Source: Franconibacter pulveris DSM 19144 (GTDB lineage: Bacteria > Pseudomonadota > Gammaproteobacteria > Enterobacterales > Enterobacteriaceae). Taken from it: a stretch of 64,000 bases of DNA. The DNA lies in contig KK211223.1 in assembly GCA_000621185.1 (NCBI GenBank), positions 1 through 64,000 on the forward strand, in the 5' to 3' direction. Positions 46,738 to 57,103 of this stretch are shown in pieces. Each line of letters opens with the position of its first letter. Within the stretch, counting starts at the first letter, position 1. The translations under genes and the position numbers were made by a program. The notes beneath the pieces were generated by a model, which was not told the DNA's origin, ran no database searches, and was given only the letters and a program-made list of their open reading frames with translations.

Positions 46738-46904
46738 TACCGCCGGTTTGTACGACTAAAGTCGTCTCGATGGTTAAAAATTCTGAATCGGTCCGTCACT
46801 GCCGCATCGCGAACTATAATAATAATCACGTCCAGCAGATATGAAGCATTCATCAGGACGTTGAATGGAGTTTCACTTACACGACCGAACAAGAGGACTT
46901 TACA

Positions 46905-47114
46905 ATGAACAGAGACGAAGCCGGCGGTAACTGGAAACAGTTTAAAGGTAAAGTGAAAGAGCAATGGGGTAAATTAACCGACGATGATATGACCGTCATC
47001 GAAGGGAAACGTGACCAACTGGTAGGTAAAATCCAGGAACGTTACGGCTATGAGAAAGATCAGGCAGATAAAGAAGTTACGGACTGGGAAAGCCGTAATG
47101 ACTACCGCTGGTAA
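46905..47114 (+). CDS. yjbJ: CsbD-family stress protein YjbJ (69 aa)
   Basis: MNRDEAGGNWKQFKGKVKEQWGKLTDDDMTVIEGKRDQLVGKIQERYGYEKDQADKEV.. is a typical CsbD/YjbJ. AAGAGGA RBS. Confidence 0.85.
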   Translation: MNRDEAGGNWKQFKGKVKEQWGKLTDDDMTVIEGKRDQLVGKIQERYGYEKDQADKEVTDWESRNDYRW

Positions 47115-47194
47115 TCCGGCGAGCACCTCAAATGTGATACCCCTCTGAGGTTATCCTGCCCAGGTACAAGGATGTACCATCCTGCCTCTCTCAT

Positions 47195-47710
47195 TTATCG
47201 CGCTTTTTTCTTTATCACCACGCTGTGGTCATGCTCGCACTGTTCCGGGTGACGACACGCTTCTACTTCTACGCAGGCTGAGCACAGACCATGCGCTTCA
47301 ATGACATTATGCCGCAGGGCAAAACCTCGCTTTGCCGCCAGCGCATGCATAATATCTTCAACGCCTTCCGCCCGCTCTTCTTTTACCACGCCGCAGCGAT
47401 CGCAGATAAACATCGCGGAGGTGTGCGTCGGCTGGTCGAAAAGGTGACACAGCACGTAGCTGTTGGTGGATTCCACCTTATGTACGAAGCCCTGCTCCAG
47501 CAGAAAATCGAGCGCACGGTACACGGTGGGCGGCTTAGCCTGCGGCTCCGTTTCTCGCAGCAGATCGAGCAGATCGTAGGCGCTGATAGCCCCTTCCTGC
47601 AGCGTCATCAGGCGCAGCACTTCGAGGCGCTGCGGAGTCAGGCGCACGTTGCGTTGCAGACAGAGCTTTTCAGCCTGCGCTAACACCTCTTGCGAGAGTA
47701 TCTTTTCCAT
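47195..47710 (-). CDS. zur: Zinc uptake regulator Zur
   Basis: MEKILSQEVLAQAEKLCLQRNVRLTPQRLEVLRLM.. (171 aa), >85% identical to E. coli Zur. Confidence 0.9.
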   Translation of the reverse strand: MEKILSQEVLAQAEKLCLQRNVRLTPQRLEVLRLMTLQEGAISAYDLLDLLRETEPQAKPPTVYRALDFLLEQGFVHKVESTNSYVLCHLFDQPTHTSAMFICDRCGVVKEERAEGVEDIMHALAAKRGFALRHNVIEAHGLCSACVEVEACRHPEQCEHDHSVVIKKKAR

Positions 47711-47819
47711 CGGCATCCTCATAGGTCAGGGGAAACGCGCATTTTATCATGAACCGCGTAAAACGCCGACTTTCACCCATCTGTGTTATACCTGAATCAC
47801 TCACAGAAGGAGGAAAACC

Positions 47820-48308
47820 ATGCAGCGTCCTGATTTTATTCGTCACTGGCGGGAAGTGGAGAGTGAGGATGACTCACGTTATCCCGATAGCGAGGAGCTT
47901 TTTTCCATTGGCGCGCCGCTTGCGCGCAAGATGGGGCTGACCCGACTGGGCATTCATCATGAGCGACTGCCGCCGGGCAGACGTACCTCTTACCCACACG
48001 CCGAGAGCGACGAAGAGGAGTTTGTTTATGTGCTGGAAGGCCACCCGGATGTCTGGATAAACGGTGAGCTCTGGGCGCTTGAACCTGGCGACAGCGTAGG
48101 GTTTCCTGCCGGGACGGGCATCTGTCACACTTTTATAAATAACACATCAAGCGAAGTCCGTTTATTGGTGTTAGGTGAGGCGAATAAACCTAAAAACCTT
48201 ATTTATTACCCACTTAATGCTAATTATGCCGCTACACGGCAGGACAGATGGATAGATCATCCGCCGCAGTTCTTTGGCCCGCATAACGGGTTGCCTACAA
48301 GAAAGTGA
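47820..48308 (+). CDS. Cupin-domain protein (162 aa)
   Basis: AAGGAGG RBS. Cupin motifs (..HHERLPPG..HAESDEEEFVYVLEG..) and a second His-containing motif (..GTGICHTFINN..). Not present at this position in E. coli K-12. Confidence 0.7.
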   Translation: MQRPDFIRHWREVESEDDSRYPDSEELFSIGAPLARKMGLTRLGIHHERLPPGRRTSYPHAESDEEEFVYVLEGHPDVWINGELWALEPGDSVGFPAGTGICHTFINNTSSEVRLLVLGEANKPKNLIYYPLNANYAATRQDRWIDHPPQFFGPHNGLPTRK

Positions 48309-48481
48309 AAGACTCATCTATAAATATTGTGTAGTAATTGAATGAGATAAAACCATGGATGGGAATGATTGTTTATGAGCAAATATATGCTCTTTATTAC
48401 CTCTTATTCACAGCAATAAACCATCCCCCGATATGTGATAACGGGCGGGGAAATTATCATCAAAGAAAAGACGGGTTAACT

Positions 48482-49786
48482 GTGAAAAAAATAATCAGAC
48501 TTTCAGTGGCAGCCATGGCAGTAACGGTGGCGACTCAGGCGAGCGCGGCCAACACCTGGGCGGAAGCGCGCAATGATGCGATGGGCGGAACGGGCGTCGC
48601 GACAGCTAATTATGGCAGCGCGGCGTTCATCAACCCGGCGTTACTCGCCAAAGCGCAACCGGAAGATGATGTAACGGTGATTCTGCCTTCCGTAAGCGCG
48701 CAAATTACCGATAAAGATAATCTTCAGGATGAAATCGATAGAATTAACGATCGTGTTGATTATTATGACGATGTGGTTGATAACCTGACCTTACAGCAGG
48801 TACTGCTTAACCCTGTTGGCACCCTTAATCAGTTCCAGGGGGCGGCGAGCGAGCTTGCCGATGAGCTGGACTATCTGCGTGGTAAAACCGCCAGCGCCAA
48901 CGCGGCGGCGGGCATTTCTGTCGCCATTCCTAATGACGTGCTTTCTGTCGCTTTTATCGCTAAAGGCTATGCTCACGCGCGTGTCAGCACCTCTATTGAT
49001 CAGCAAGATCTTACCTACCTGCGCAGCATTCAGAACAGCGATTCGGTGGCCTTGTTTGAAGCAGGAAAAGCGGCTTTGCTCGGCTCTGACGAAATTACCC
49101 GCAACCTGAACTCTGTCGCGTTCGGTCGTGCGGCGATTGTTTCTGATTACGGCATTGCACTGGCGCGTCAGTTTGATTTTGGCGGCGTGCCCGTGTCGTT
49201 TGGCGTAACGCCGAAGATCCAGAAAACCTGGCTCTATAACTACACCGCCTCTATTTATGACTATGACAGCGATGACCTGAGGAGCAGCCGCTACCGTACA
49301 GATAATACAGGCTTTAACGTTGATGCCGGTGTCGCAGCGGATCTGGGGCAGAACTGGACGGTGGGTCTGACAGGGCAAAACCTTGTTTCTCGCGATCTCG
49401 ATACAAAAAGCATAGAAGTACGTAACGGCCGCACGGGCGAGGTTGTGAACTATAAGGACACCTATCAAATCCGGCCGTTAGTGACCGCAGGCGTGGCGTG
49501 GCACAACGACCTGGTAACCGTAACGGCGGATGGCGATCTGACCGAAACCAAAGGCTTCAAGAGTGAAGGTAACTCGCAGTTTGTGGGCGTAGGCACGGAA
49601 GTGCGTCCGCTTGACTGGCTGGCGGTGCGCGCAGGTTTCCGCGCGGATGTGAAAGATAATGAGAGCAACGTCTTTACTGCGGGCGTCGGCTTTGCGCCGT
49701 TTAATCGTGTTCACCTTGACCTTACCGGCCTGGTGGGCGAGGACGACACCTGGGGCGCAGGCGCGCAGTTGAGCCTGACGTTCTGA
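48482..49786 (+). CDS. FadL/TraF-like outer-membrane beta-barrel protein (434 aa)
   Basis: GTG start. Signal peptide [22 protein letters not shown]. FadL-like N-terminal motif (..[22 protein letters not shown]..). Alternating amphipathic strands and a C-terminal ..SLTF. Confidence 0.6.
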   Translation: MKKIIRLSVAAMAVTVATQASAANTWAEARNDAMGGTGVATANYGSAAFINPALLAKAQPEDDVTVILPSVSAQITDKDNLQDEIDRINDRVDYYDDVVDNLTLQQVLLNPVGTLNQFQGAASELADELDYLRGKTASANAAAGISVAIPNDVLSVAFIAKGYAHARVSTSIDQQDLTYLRSIQNSDSVALFEAGKAALLGSDEITRNLNSVAFGRAAIVSDYGIALARQFDFGGVPVSFGVTPKIQKTWLYNYTASIYDYDSDDLRSSRYRTDNTGFNVDAGVAADLGQNWTVGLTGQNLVSRDLDTKSIEVRNGRTGEVVNYKDTYQIRPLVTAGVAWHNDLVTVTADGDLTETKGFKSEGNSQFVGVGTEVRPLDWLAVRAGFRADVKDNESNVFTAGVGFAPFNRVHLDLTGLVGEDDTWGAGAQLSLTF

Positions 49787-49795
49787 TAACCAACA

Positions 49796-49817
49796 GGGGC
49801 GCAGCAGTGCGCCCCTG
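49796..49817 (+). terminator. Hairpin after the outer-membrane protein gene
   Basis: AGGGGCGCAGCAGTGCGCCCCT. Confidence 0.4.
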
Positions 49818-49877
49818 CGCAAGCTTTATGCTATAGTAGCGCCCCTTTTTGCCCGAACCACACTACGCTTAGCTACT

Positions 49878-50876
49878 ATGTCGCCAGAAACCAAACATTC
49901 TCTTCTTCCCCCGCACCGTTTTTCCATCGCGCCGATGCTCGACTGGACGGACCGCCATTGCCGCTATTTTCTGCGTTTGCTGTCGCGCAATACGCTGCTC
50001 TATACCGAAATGGTCACTACCGGAGCCATCATTCACGGTAAAGGGGATTACCTGGCTTACAGCGAAGAAGAGCATCCGCTGGCATTGCAGCTTGGCGGCA
50101 GCGATCCGCAGGCGCTGGCCCACTGCGCAAAGCTTGCACAAGCGCGGGGCTATGACGAAATCAACCTGAACGTCGGTTGCCCTTCCGACCGCGTGCAGAA
50201 TGGCCGCTTCGGCGCCTGTCTGATGGGCGAGGCGCAACTCGTGGCGGATTGCGTTAAAGCGATGCGCGATGTGGTTTCCATTCCGGTGACGGTAAAAACC
50301 CGCATCGGCATTGACGACCAGGACAGCTATGAATTCCTGTGCAATTTTATCGGCACCGTGGCGGAAAAGGGCGGTTGTGAGATGTTTATCATCCATGCCC
50401 GTAAAGCGTGGCTGTCCGGCTTAAGCCCGAAAGAGAACCGTGAGATCCCGCCGCTGGATTACCCGCGCGTCTATCAGTTGAAGCGTGACTTTCCGCAACT
50501 GACGATGGCCATTAACGGCGGCATTAAATCGCTTGAGGAAGCCAAAGCGCACCTCGAACACGTGGATGGCGTGATGGTGGGACGCGAGGCGTATCAAAAT
50601 CCAGGCATCCTCGCCTGCGTCGATCGTGAAATTTTCGGTGCGCAAGCTGCGGATGCCGACCCGGTTGCGGTAGTGCGCGCCATGTATCCTTATATTGAGC
50701 GCGAACTCAGCAACGGCACTTATCTCGGCCACATTACCCGTCATATGCTTGGCCTGTTCCAGGGGATTCCCGGCGCGCGTCAATGGCGCCGTTATCTGAG
50801 CGAGAACGCCCACAAAGCGGGCGCAGACATTGCCGTGCTGGAACACGCGCTGCAGCTGGTAGCCAATAAGCGCTAA
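49878..50876 (+). CDS. dusA: tRNA-dihydrouridine(20/20a) synthase DusA
   Basis: 332 aa beginning ..[38 protein letters not shown].., matching E. coli DusA. Confidence 0.9.
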   Translation: MSPETKHSLLPPHRFSIAPMLDWTDRHCRYFLRLLSRNTLLYTEMVTTGAIIHGKGDYLAYSEEEHPLALQLGGSDPQALAHCAKLAQARGYDEINLNVGCPSDRVQNGRFGACLMGEAQLVADCVKAMRDVVSIPVTVKTRIGIDDQDSYEFLCNFIGTVAEKGGCEMFIIHARKAWLSGLSPKENREIPPLDYPRVYQLKRDFPQLTMAINGGIKSLEEAKAHLEHVDGVMVGREAYQNPGILACVDREIFGAQAADADPVAVVRAMYPYIERELSNGTYLGHITRHMLGLFQGIPGARQWRRYLSENAHKAGADIAVLEHALQLVANKR

Positions 50877-50959
50877 AAGTTAACTAAAACCTGGCGAATT
50901 TGACCACGCCCTGCTGATAAAAAGCGGGGCGTTTTCTTTAAAAACAGCTGCTTATTTAT

Positions 50960-50975
50960 TGGCATGATTCTTGTA
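50960..50975 (+). promoter_or_regulatory. Sigma54 promoter of pspG (TGGCATGATTCTTGTA)
   Basis: -24 GG and -12 GT/TTGT spacing as in the E. coli pspA/pspG promoters. Confidence 0.45.
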
Positions 50976-51011
50976 ATAACTCTTCCAGAATTACCTGATT
51001 GGGAGAGAGCC

Positions 51012-51254
51012 ATGTTTGAACTGCTTTTTGTGGTCGCCTTTTTTCTTATGCTGCTGGCGACAGGCGTATCGTTGTTGGGCATCATTGCGGCTATTTTCGT
51101 CGCCACGCTGGTGATGTTTGTCGGCGGGTTATTTGCGCTGATGATTAAACTGCTGCCCTGGCTGTTGCTTGCCGTTGCGGCGGTGTGGGCTATCCGCGCG
51201 ATTAAAGCGCCGAAGCTGCCGCGTTATTCGCGCGCTAATCGTTGGCGTTGTTAA
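51012..51254 (+). CDS. pspG: Phage-shock protein G
   Basis: MFELLFVVAFFLMLLATGVSLLGIIAAIFVATLVMFVGGLFALMIKLLPWLLLAVAAVWAIRAIKAPKLP.. (80 aa), close to E. coli PspG. The tool ORF starts upstream inside the promoter. Confidence 0.8.
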   Translation: MFELLFVVAFFLMLLATGVSLLGIIAAIFVATLVMFVGGLFALMIKLLPWLLLAVAAVWAIRAIKAPKLPRYSRANRWRC

Positions 51255-51389
51255 GAGTTGCGGAGGCGATCACAACCTTGCAACTTTTCCGGCGTCAGAA
51301 GATAAGCCGCCATATTATTTGCTTATTAAATCTGTCACTATGAAAACGTTGTGACACGAATTCATCGCAGCTGTACCCTACATACAGCG

Positions 51390-51426
51390 CAAATAAAAAA
51401 GAAAGGGCTTCCTGCGGGAAGCCCTA
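51390..51426 (-). terminator. qor terminator
   Basis: AGGGCTTCC-TGC-GGGAAGCCCT hairpin with a minus-strand T-run. Confidence 0.55.
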
Positions 51427-51433
51427 ATTATTT

Positions 51434-52417
51434 CTACGGAATCAACAGGCTGGAGCCCTGCGTGGTGCGGCTTTCCAGCGTCTGGTGGGCGCGCGCCGCC
51501 TCGGCGAGCGGGAACCGTTGCTGCTCCGTCACGTCTACCTTGATAACGCCGCTGGCGATAAGTGAAAAAAGCTCATTGCTCGCCTCGTCCATCTCTTCAC
51601 GGTTTGTCAGGTAGCCGTTAAGGGAAGGGCGGGTGACATAAAGCGAGCCTTTCTGGTTAAGGATGCCGAGATTCACGCCGGTTACCGGGCCGGAGGCGTT
51701 GCCAAAACTCACCATCAACCCGCGGCGCTGCAGGCAGTCCAGGGACGATTCCCAGGTATCTTTGCCTACGGAATCATAAACCACGCGTACCTTTTTCCCG
51801 CCGGTCAGCTCCCGAATGCGCTCCGGGACGTTCTCTTCACGGTAGTTAATCATCTGCCAGGCGCCCGCCTGTTTAGCGCGCTGCATTTTCTCCGCCGACC
51901 CGGCGGTGCCAATGAGCTTCGCGCCCAGCGCTTTGGCCCACTGGCAGGCAATCAGCCCTACGCCGCCCGCTGCCGCGTGGAACAAAAACATTTCGTCTGG
52001 TTTGATTTCGTAAGTTTTACGCAGCAGATAAAAAACGGTCAGCCCTTTCAAAAACGATGCCGCGGCCTGCTCGTAGGAGATGGCGTTCGGCAATACCGCA
52101 ACTTTGTCCGCCGGGACATTATGCACCTCGCTGTAGGCGCCGAGCGCCGACTGGGCATAAACCACCCGGTCGCCTTCTTTGATATGCTTAACCGCGCTTC
52201 CTGTTTTGCTCACCACGCCCGCCGCTTCGGTGCCGAGGCCGCTTGGCATTGACGGCGGCGGATAGAGGCCGCTGCGGATATACGTATCGATATAGTTAAT
52301 GCCGATGGCTTTGTTTTCCACCTGCACTTCATTTTCCGCCGGGTCGCCAGGGGTAAACTCCACCGCTTTTAGCACGTCAGGCCCGCCGTGCTGGCTAAAC
52401 TCAATACGCGTCGCCAT
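51434..52417 (-). CDS. qor: NADPH:quinone oxidoreductase
   Basis: 327 aa beginning MATRIEFSQHGGPDVLKAVEFTPGDPAENEVQVENKAIGINYIDTYIRSGLYPPP.. Confidence 0.9.
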   Translation of the reverse strand: MATRIEFSQHGGPDVLKAVEFTPGDPAENEVQVENKAIGINYIDTYIRSGLYPPPSMPSGLGTEAAGVVSKTGSAVKHIKEGDRVVYAQSALGAYSEVHNVPADKVAVLPNAISYEQAAASFLKGLTVFYLLRKTYEIKPDEMFLFHAAAGGVGLIACQWAKALGAKLIGTAGSAEKMQRAKQAGAWQMINYREENVPERIRELTGGKKVRVVYDSVGKDTWESSLDCLQRRGLMVSFGNASGPVTGVNLGILNQKGSLYVTRPSLNGYLTNREEMDEASNELFSLIASGVIKVDVTEQQRFPLAEAARAHQTLESRTTQGSSLLIP

Positions 52418-52547
52418 AGTAACTCCTTGTTTTATTCAGGGGGGAGGAGGAGTATCGTTCGCGAATGCAATTGAGCACTGCGCGACGCAAATCAGCTTGG
52501 TATACTCCCCTTCTCTCAGATGATGACTTTTGGTAACTCCATTCACT

Positions 52548-53954
52548 ATGGCAGGAAATAAACCCTTCAACAAACCCACTGAAGCCCGCGACCCGCAGGT
52601 TGACGGCCTGAAAATGCCGCCGCATTCCATCGAAGCGGAACAGTCGGTGTTGGGCGGTTTAATGCTGGACAACGAACGTTGGGACGATGTGGCCGAGCGC
52701 GTTGTGGCAGAGGATTTTTATACCCGCCAGCACCGCATCATTTTCACCGAAATGCACCGTCTGCAGGAGACGGGGAAACCCATCGACCTGATTACCCTTT
52801 CGGAATCGCTGGAACTGCAGGGGCAGCTTGAGAATGTGGGCGGCTTCGCCTACCTGGCGGAGCTTTCGAAAAATACGCCAAGCGCCGCGAACATTAGCGC
52901 TTATGCGGATATCGTGCGTGAACGCGCCGTCGTGCGCGATATGATAACGGTCGCGAATGAAATTGCCGACGCGGGTTACGACCCCCAAGGGCGCAGCAGT
53001 GAAGACCTGCTCGACCTGGCGGAATCCCGCGTTTTCCAGATTGCCGAAAACCGCGCCAATAAAGACGAAGGGCCCAAGAGCATCGATCAGATCCTCGAAG
53101 CCACCGTCGCGCGCATTGAAACGCTCTATCAACAGCCGCATGACGGCGTCACGGGCGTGGATACCGGCTATCAGGATCTCAACAAGAAAACTGCCGGCCT
53201 GCAGCGTTCAGACCTTATTATCGTGGCGGCGCGTCCCTCCATGGGGAAAACCACATTCGCCATGAACTTGTGCGAAAACGCCGCCATGTTGCAGGATAAG
53301 CCGGTGCTGATTTTCTCGCTGGAGATGCCCTCTGAGCAGATCATGATGCGTATGCTGGCGTCGCTGTCGCGCGTGGACCAAACCCGTATTCGTACCGGCC
53401 AACTGGACGATGAAGACTGGGCGCGCATTTCCGGCACCATGGGCATTCTGCTTGAGAAGCGCAATATGTATATTGACGACTCCTCGGGCCTGACGCCTAC
53501 CGAAGTCCGCTCGCGCGCGCGACGCATTTATCGCGAACACGGCGGCATCGGCCTGATTATGGTGGACTACCTGCAGCTGATGCGCGTGCCTTCGCTCTCC
53601 GATAACCGTACGCTGGAAATCGCCGAAATCTCCCGCTCGCTCAAAGCGCTGGCGAAAGAGTTGCAGGTGCCGGTGGTGGCGCTTTCGCAGCTTAACCGCT
53701 CGCTGGAGCAGCGCGCGGACAAGCGTCCGGTAAACTCGGACCTGCGTGAGTCAGGCTCTATCGAGCAGGACGCCGACCTGATTATGTTCATTTACCGTGA
53801 TGAGGTTTATCACGAGAACAGCGACCTGAAAGGCATTGCGGAAATCATTATCGGTAAACAGCGTAACGGCCCTATCGGTACGGTACGCCTGACCTTTAAT
53901 GGCCAGTGGTCGCGCTTTGATAACTATGCGGGTCCGCAATACGACGACGAATGA
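52548..53954 (+). CDS. dnaB: Replicative DNA helicase DnaB
   Basis: MAGNKPFNKPTEARDPQVDGLKMPPHSIEAEQSVLGGLMLDNERWD.. (468 aa), >90% identical to E. coli DnaB. Confidence 0.95.
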   Translation: MAGNKPFNKPTEARDPQVDGLKMPPHSIEAEQSVLGGLMLDNERWDDVAERVVAEDFYTRQHRIIFTEMHRLQETGKPIDLITLSESLELQGQLENVGGFAYLAELSKNTPSAANISAYADIVRERAVVRDMITVANEIADAGYDPQGRSSEDLLDLAESRVFQIAENRANKDEGPKSIDQILEATVARIETLYQQPHDGVTGVDTGYQDLNKKTAGLQRSDLIIVAARPSMGKTTFAMNLCENAAMLQDKPVLIFSLEMPSEQIMMRMLASLSRVDQTRIRTGQLDDEDWARISGTMGILLEKRNMYIDDSSGLTPTEVRSRARRIYREHGGIGLIMVDYLQLMRVPSLSDNRTLEIAEISRSLKALAKELQVPVVALSQLNRSLEQRADKRPVNSDLRESGSIEQDADLIMFIYRDEVYHENSDLKGIAEIIIGKQRNGPIGTVRLTFNGQWSRFDNYAGPQYDDE

Positions 53955-54109
53955 ATAATTTGGCTATCTTGCTTGCGATTTTGGGCTTGGGCAGTGCTCG
54001 CCATCCTCACGTACTGCAGTACGCTCCGGTGGCTGCGCGCTGGCCGCACCCAAACTCGCTGCGCCGATAACGCCAAATTGCCGGGTTGACTGAAAATAAA
54101 GGAATAAAC

Positions 54110-55189
54110 ATGCAAGCGGCAACTGTGGTAGTAAACCGCCGCGCTCTGCGTCACAACCTGCAACGCCTGCGTGAACTGGCTCCGTCCAGCCGTCTGGTGG
54201 CGGTGGTGAAAGCAAACGCCTATGGGCACGGTCTGCTGGAGACCGCGCAATCGCTCCCCGACGCCGACGCTTTTGGCGTCGCCCGCCTCGAAGAGGCGCT
54301 TCGCCTGCGCGAAGGCGGCGTCACTCAACCCATTCTGCTGCTGGAAGGCTTCTTTAACGCGGCCGATTTGCCCATCCTTGCCGCGCAGCATTTCCATACC
54401 GCTATTCATATCCCCGAACAGCTCGCCGCGCTGGAGCAGGCCGATCTGCCTGAACCTGTTAATGTGTGGATGAAGCTAGATACCGGCATGCATCGCCTTG
54501 GGGTGCGTCCGGAAGAGGCTGACGCGTTTTATGCGCGCCTGGCGGCTTGCCGAAACGTGCGCCAGCCGGTCAATGTCGTCAGCCATTTTGCCCGTGCGGA
54601 TGAGCCGGAGTGCGGCTTCACTGAACGCCAGCTCGATATTTTTACCCGCTTCACCGAAGGTAAGCCCGGGCTGCGATCCATCGCTGCTTCCGGCGGCGTT
54701 TTGCTGTGGCCGCAGTCCCATTTTGACTGGGTGAGGCCGGGAATTATTCTCTATGGCGTATCGCCGCTTGAAGGCGGTTCACGTGCGAGCGATTTTGGCT
54801 TCCAGCCGGTTATGTCGCTCACCTCCAGTCTCATTGCGGTGCGCGACCATAAAGCAGGCGAGCCGGTGGGCTACGGCGGCACCTGGGTAAGCCATCGCGA
54901 TACGCGTCTTGGCGTGATTGCGCTGGGTTATGGCGACGGCTACCCACGCAGCGCGCCTTCAGGCACGCCGGTGCGGGTGAACGGGCGTGAGGTGCCGATA
55001 GTCGGTCGCGTGGCGATGGATATGATCTGCGTCGATTTAGGCCCGGATGCGCAGGAAAAGGCAGGCGACAACGTAATCATGTGGGGCGACGATTTGCCCG
55101 TTGAGCGCATTGCGGCGATTACAAAAGTGAGTGCTTACGAACTTGTAACGCGCCTGACGTCGCGGGTAGCGATGCGTTATATCGACTAG
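54110..55189 (+). CDS. alr: Alanine racemase
   Basis: [41 protein letters not shown].. contains the PLP-lysine motif [10 protein letters not shown]. Confidence 0.9.
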   Translation: MQAATVVVNRRALRHNLQRLRELAPSSRLVAVVKANAYGHGLLETAQSLPDADAFGVARLEEALRLREGGVTQPILLLEGFFNAADLPILAAQHFHTAIHIPEQLAALEQADLPEPVNVWMKLDTGMHRLGVRPEEADAFYARLAACRNVRQPVNVVSHFARADEPECGFTERQLDIFTRFTEGKPGLRSIAASGGVLLWPQSHFDWVRPGIILYGVSPLEGGSRASDFGFQPVMSLTSSLIAVRDHKAGEPVGYGGTWVSHRDTRLGVIALGYGDGYPRSAPSGTPVRVNGREVPIVGRVAMDMICVDLGPDAQEKAGDNVIMWGDDLPVERIAAITKVSAYELVTRLTSRVAMRYID

Positions 55190-55442
55190 CTACAGGGTGG
55201 TGGCGCTACGCTTCCATGCTATACAGTCGGGGGCTGAGCCGGCGTGTGATACGGCCAGACGGGGTTGCTTCCATAGGGCGGGTAAGCTACAGACTACCCG
55301 CCACGGGAGAAACGTCAGAACATCGTCAGGCCTGCCCAGGCCCCGGCTGGCCTGCGCCGTCGCGTCAATATCCTTCTCGATCTCCTGACTTATCCGGTTT
55401 ATTGTGGATGAACATCACACCGTAAATCAGGAGAACCCCAGC

Positions 55443-56636
55443 GTGTTTCAGAACGTTGACGCTTATGCCGGCGACCCCATCCTTTCGCTGATGGAGCGTT
55501 TCAAAGAAGATCCCCGTCAGGACAAAGTGAACCTCAGCATTGGCCTCTATTACAACGAAGAAGGGGTTATCCCGCAGCTACAGGCTGTAGCAGAAGCAGA
55601 AGCGCGGCTGAATGCGCAGCCACACGGCGCGTCGCTTTATCTGCCGATGGAAGGGTTGAATAGCTACCGCAACAGCATTGCGCCGCTGCTGTTTGGCGCA
55701 GACCATCCAGCACTGCGTGAAGGCCGTATCGCCACGATCCAGACCTTAGGCGGCTCCGGCGCGCTGAAAGTGGGCGCTGACTTCCTCAAGCGCTACTTCC
55801 CCGCTTCGCAAGTTTGGGTCAGCGACCCCACCTGGGAAAACCACGTCGCCATCTTTAACGGCGCTGGCTTCGAAGTGAATACTTACCCATGGTTTGATGA
55901 AGAGACCAAAGGCGTACGTTTTGAGGCGCTGCTGGAAACGCTGAATACGCTGCCTGCGCAAAGCATCGTGCTGCTGCATCCGTGCTGCCATAACCCCACC
56001 GGCTCCGACCTCACCAATGAACAGTGGGATGCGGTGACAGACATTCTGAAAGCCCGCGAGCTAATCCCGTTCCTCGACATCGCCTATCAGGGCTTCGGCG
56101 CGGGTATGGAAGACGATGCTTACGCCATTCGCGCTATCGCCAGCGCCGGGCTGCCGACGCTGGTCAGCAACTCATTCTCGAAAATTTTCTCTCTCTATGG
56201 CGAGCGCGTGGGGGGGCTTTCCGTCGTCTGCGAAGACCCCGATGCGGCAGGACGCGTCCTGGGCCAGCTAAAAGCGACAGTACGTCGCAACTACTCCAGC
56301 CCGCCGAATTTCGGCGCGCAGGTGGTGGCGACCGTGCTGGGCGATGCCGACCTTAAAGCCAGCTGGCTTGCTGAAGTGGAAACCATGCGCAGCCGTATTC
56401 TCACCATGCGTCAGACGCTGGTGGATGCGCTGAAACAAGCGATGCCGGGGCGAGATTTTGACTACCTGCTTAAGCAGCGCGGCATGTTTAGCTATACCGG
56501 CTTAAGCGCCGCTCAGGTAGACAGGTTGCGTGAGGAGTTTGGCGTGTATCTGATTGCCAGCGGTCGTATGTGCGTGGCAGGCCTGAACAGCCGCAACGTG
56601 CACCGAGTGGCGCAGGCGTTCGCTACCGTAATGTAA
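55443..56636 (+). CDS. tyrB: Aromatic-amino-acid aminotransferase TyrB
   Basis: GTG start giving [49 protein letters not shown].. (397 aa), as in E. coli TyrB. AGGAG RBS. Confidence 0.9.
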   Translation: MFQNVDAYAGDPILSLMERFKEDPRQDKVNLSIGLYYNEEGVIPQLQAVAEAEARLNAQPHGASLYLPMEGLNSYRNSIAPLLFGADHPALREGRIATIQTLGGSGALKVGADFLKRYFPASQVWVSDPTWENHVAIFNGAGFEVNTYPWFDEETKGVRFEALLETLNTLPAQSIVLLHPCCHNPTGSDLTNEQWDAVTDILKARELIPFLDIAYQGFGAGMEDDAYAIRAIASAGLPTLVSNSFSKIFSLYGERVGGLSVVCEDPDAAGRVLGQLKATVRRNYSSPPNFGAQVVATVLGDADLKASWLAEVETMRSRILTMRQTLVDALKQAMPGRDFDYLLKQRGMFSYTGLSAAQVDRLREEFGVYLIASGRMCVAGLNSRNVHRVAQAFATVM

Positions 56637-56655
56637 GGCGAAAGGCACAATAATG

Positions 56656-56688
56656 AAAAACACTACGTTATCGTAGTGTTTTTTTATA
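56656..56688 (+). terminator. tyrB terminator
   Basis: AAAAACACTACG-TTAT-CGTAGTGTTTTTTT. Confidence 0.65.
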
Positions 56689-57103
56689 CAAGCACCTTGA
56701 AAATTAATGAATTAGCGACCTGCTTTTGTAAGCAAATAATAATTAATCGGGTTGAAGAATTATATTTAAAATATAAATATATTTTACTTTATTGCTGTTC
56801 ATATTTACACAAAGTATTTTGCTGGCGATACACTTTTCCATAATTGTAATAATACGCTTTTATAATAACTTTTGTTTTTAAGGGATAAATAAATCAAATT
56901 TCCAGGGTGTCAGGCTAAAAATGGCTTTGCACGGTAAATCTTTATTACAAGTTCATGCTATGGCGCAGCAAACTTTAATCAGAAAATAACGGTTGCTTTT
57001 GTTTTATAGAGCAGGGATGGATGAGGTTCTCTCATCCGGGCTTACAGATAAAATGTCAAAATGATTATTTGCTTAAATTTTATAAATAATCAAAGGAAAC
57101 GTT

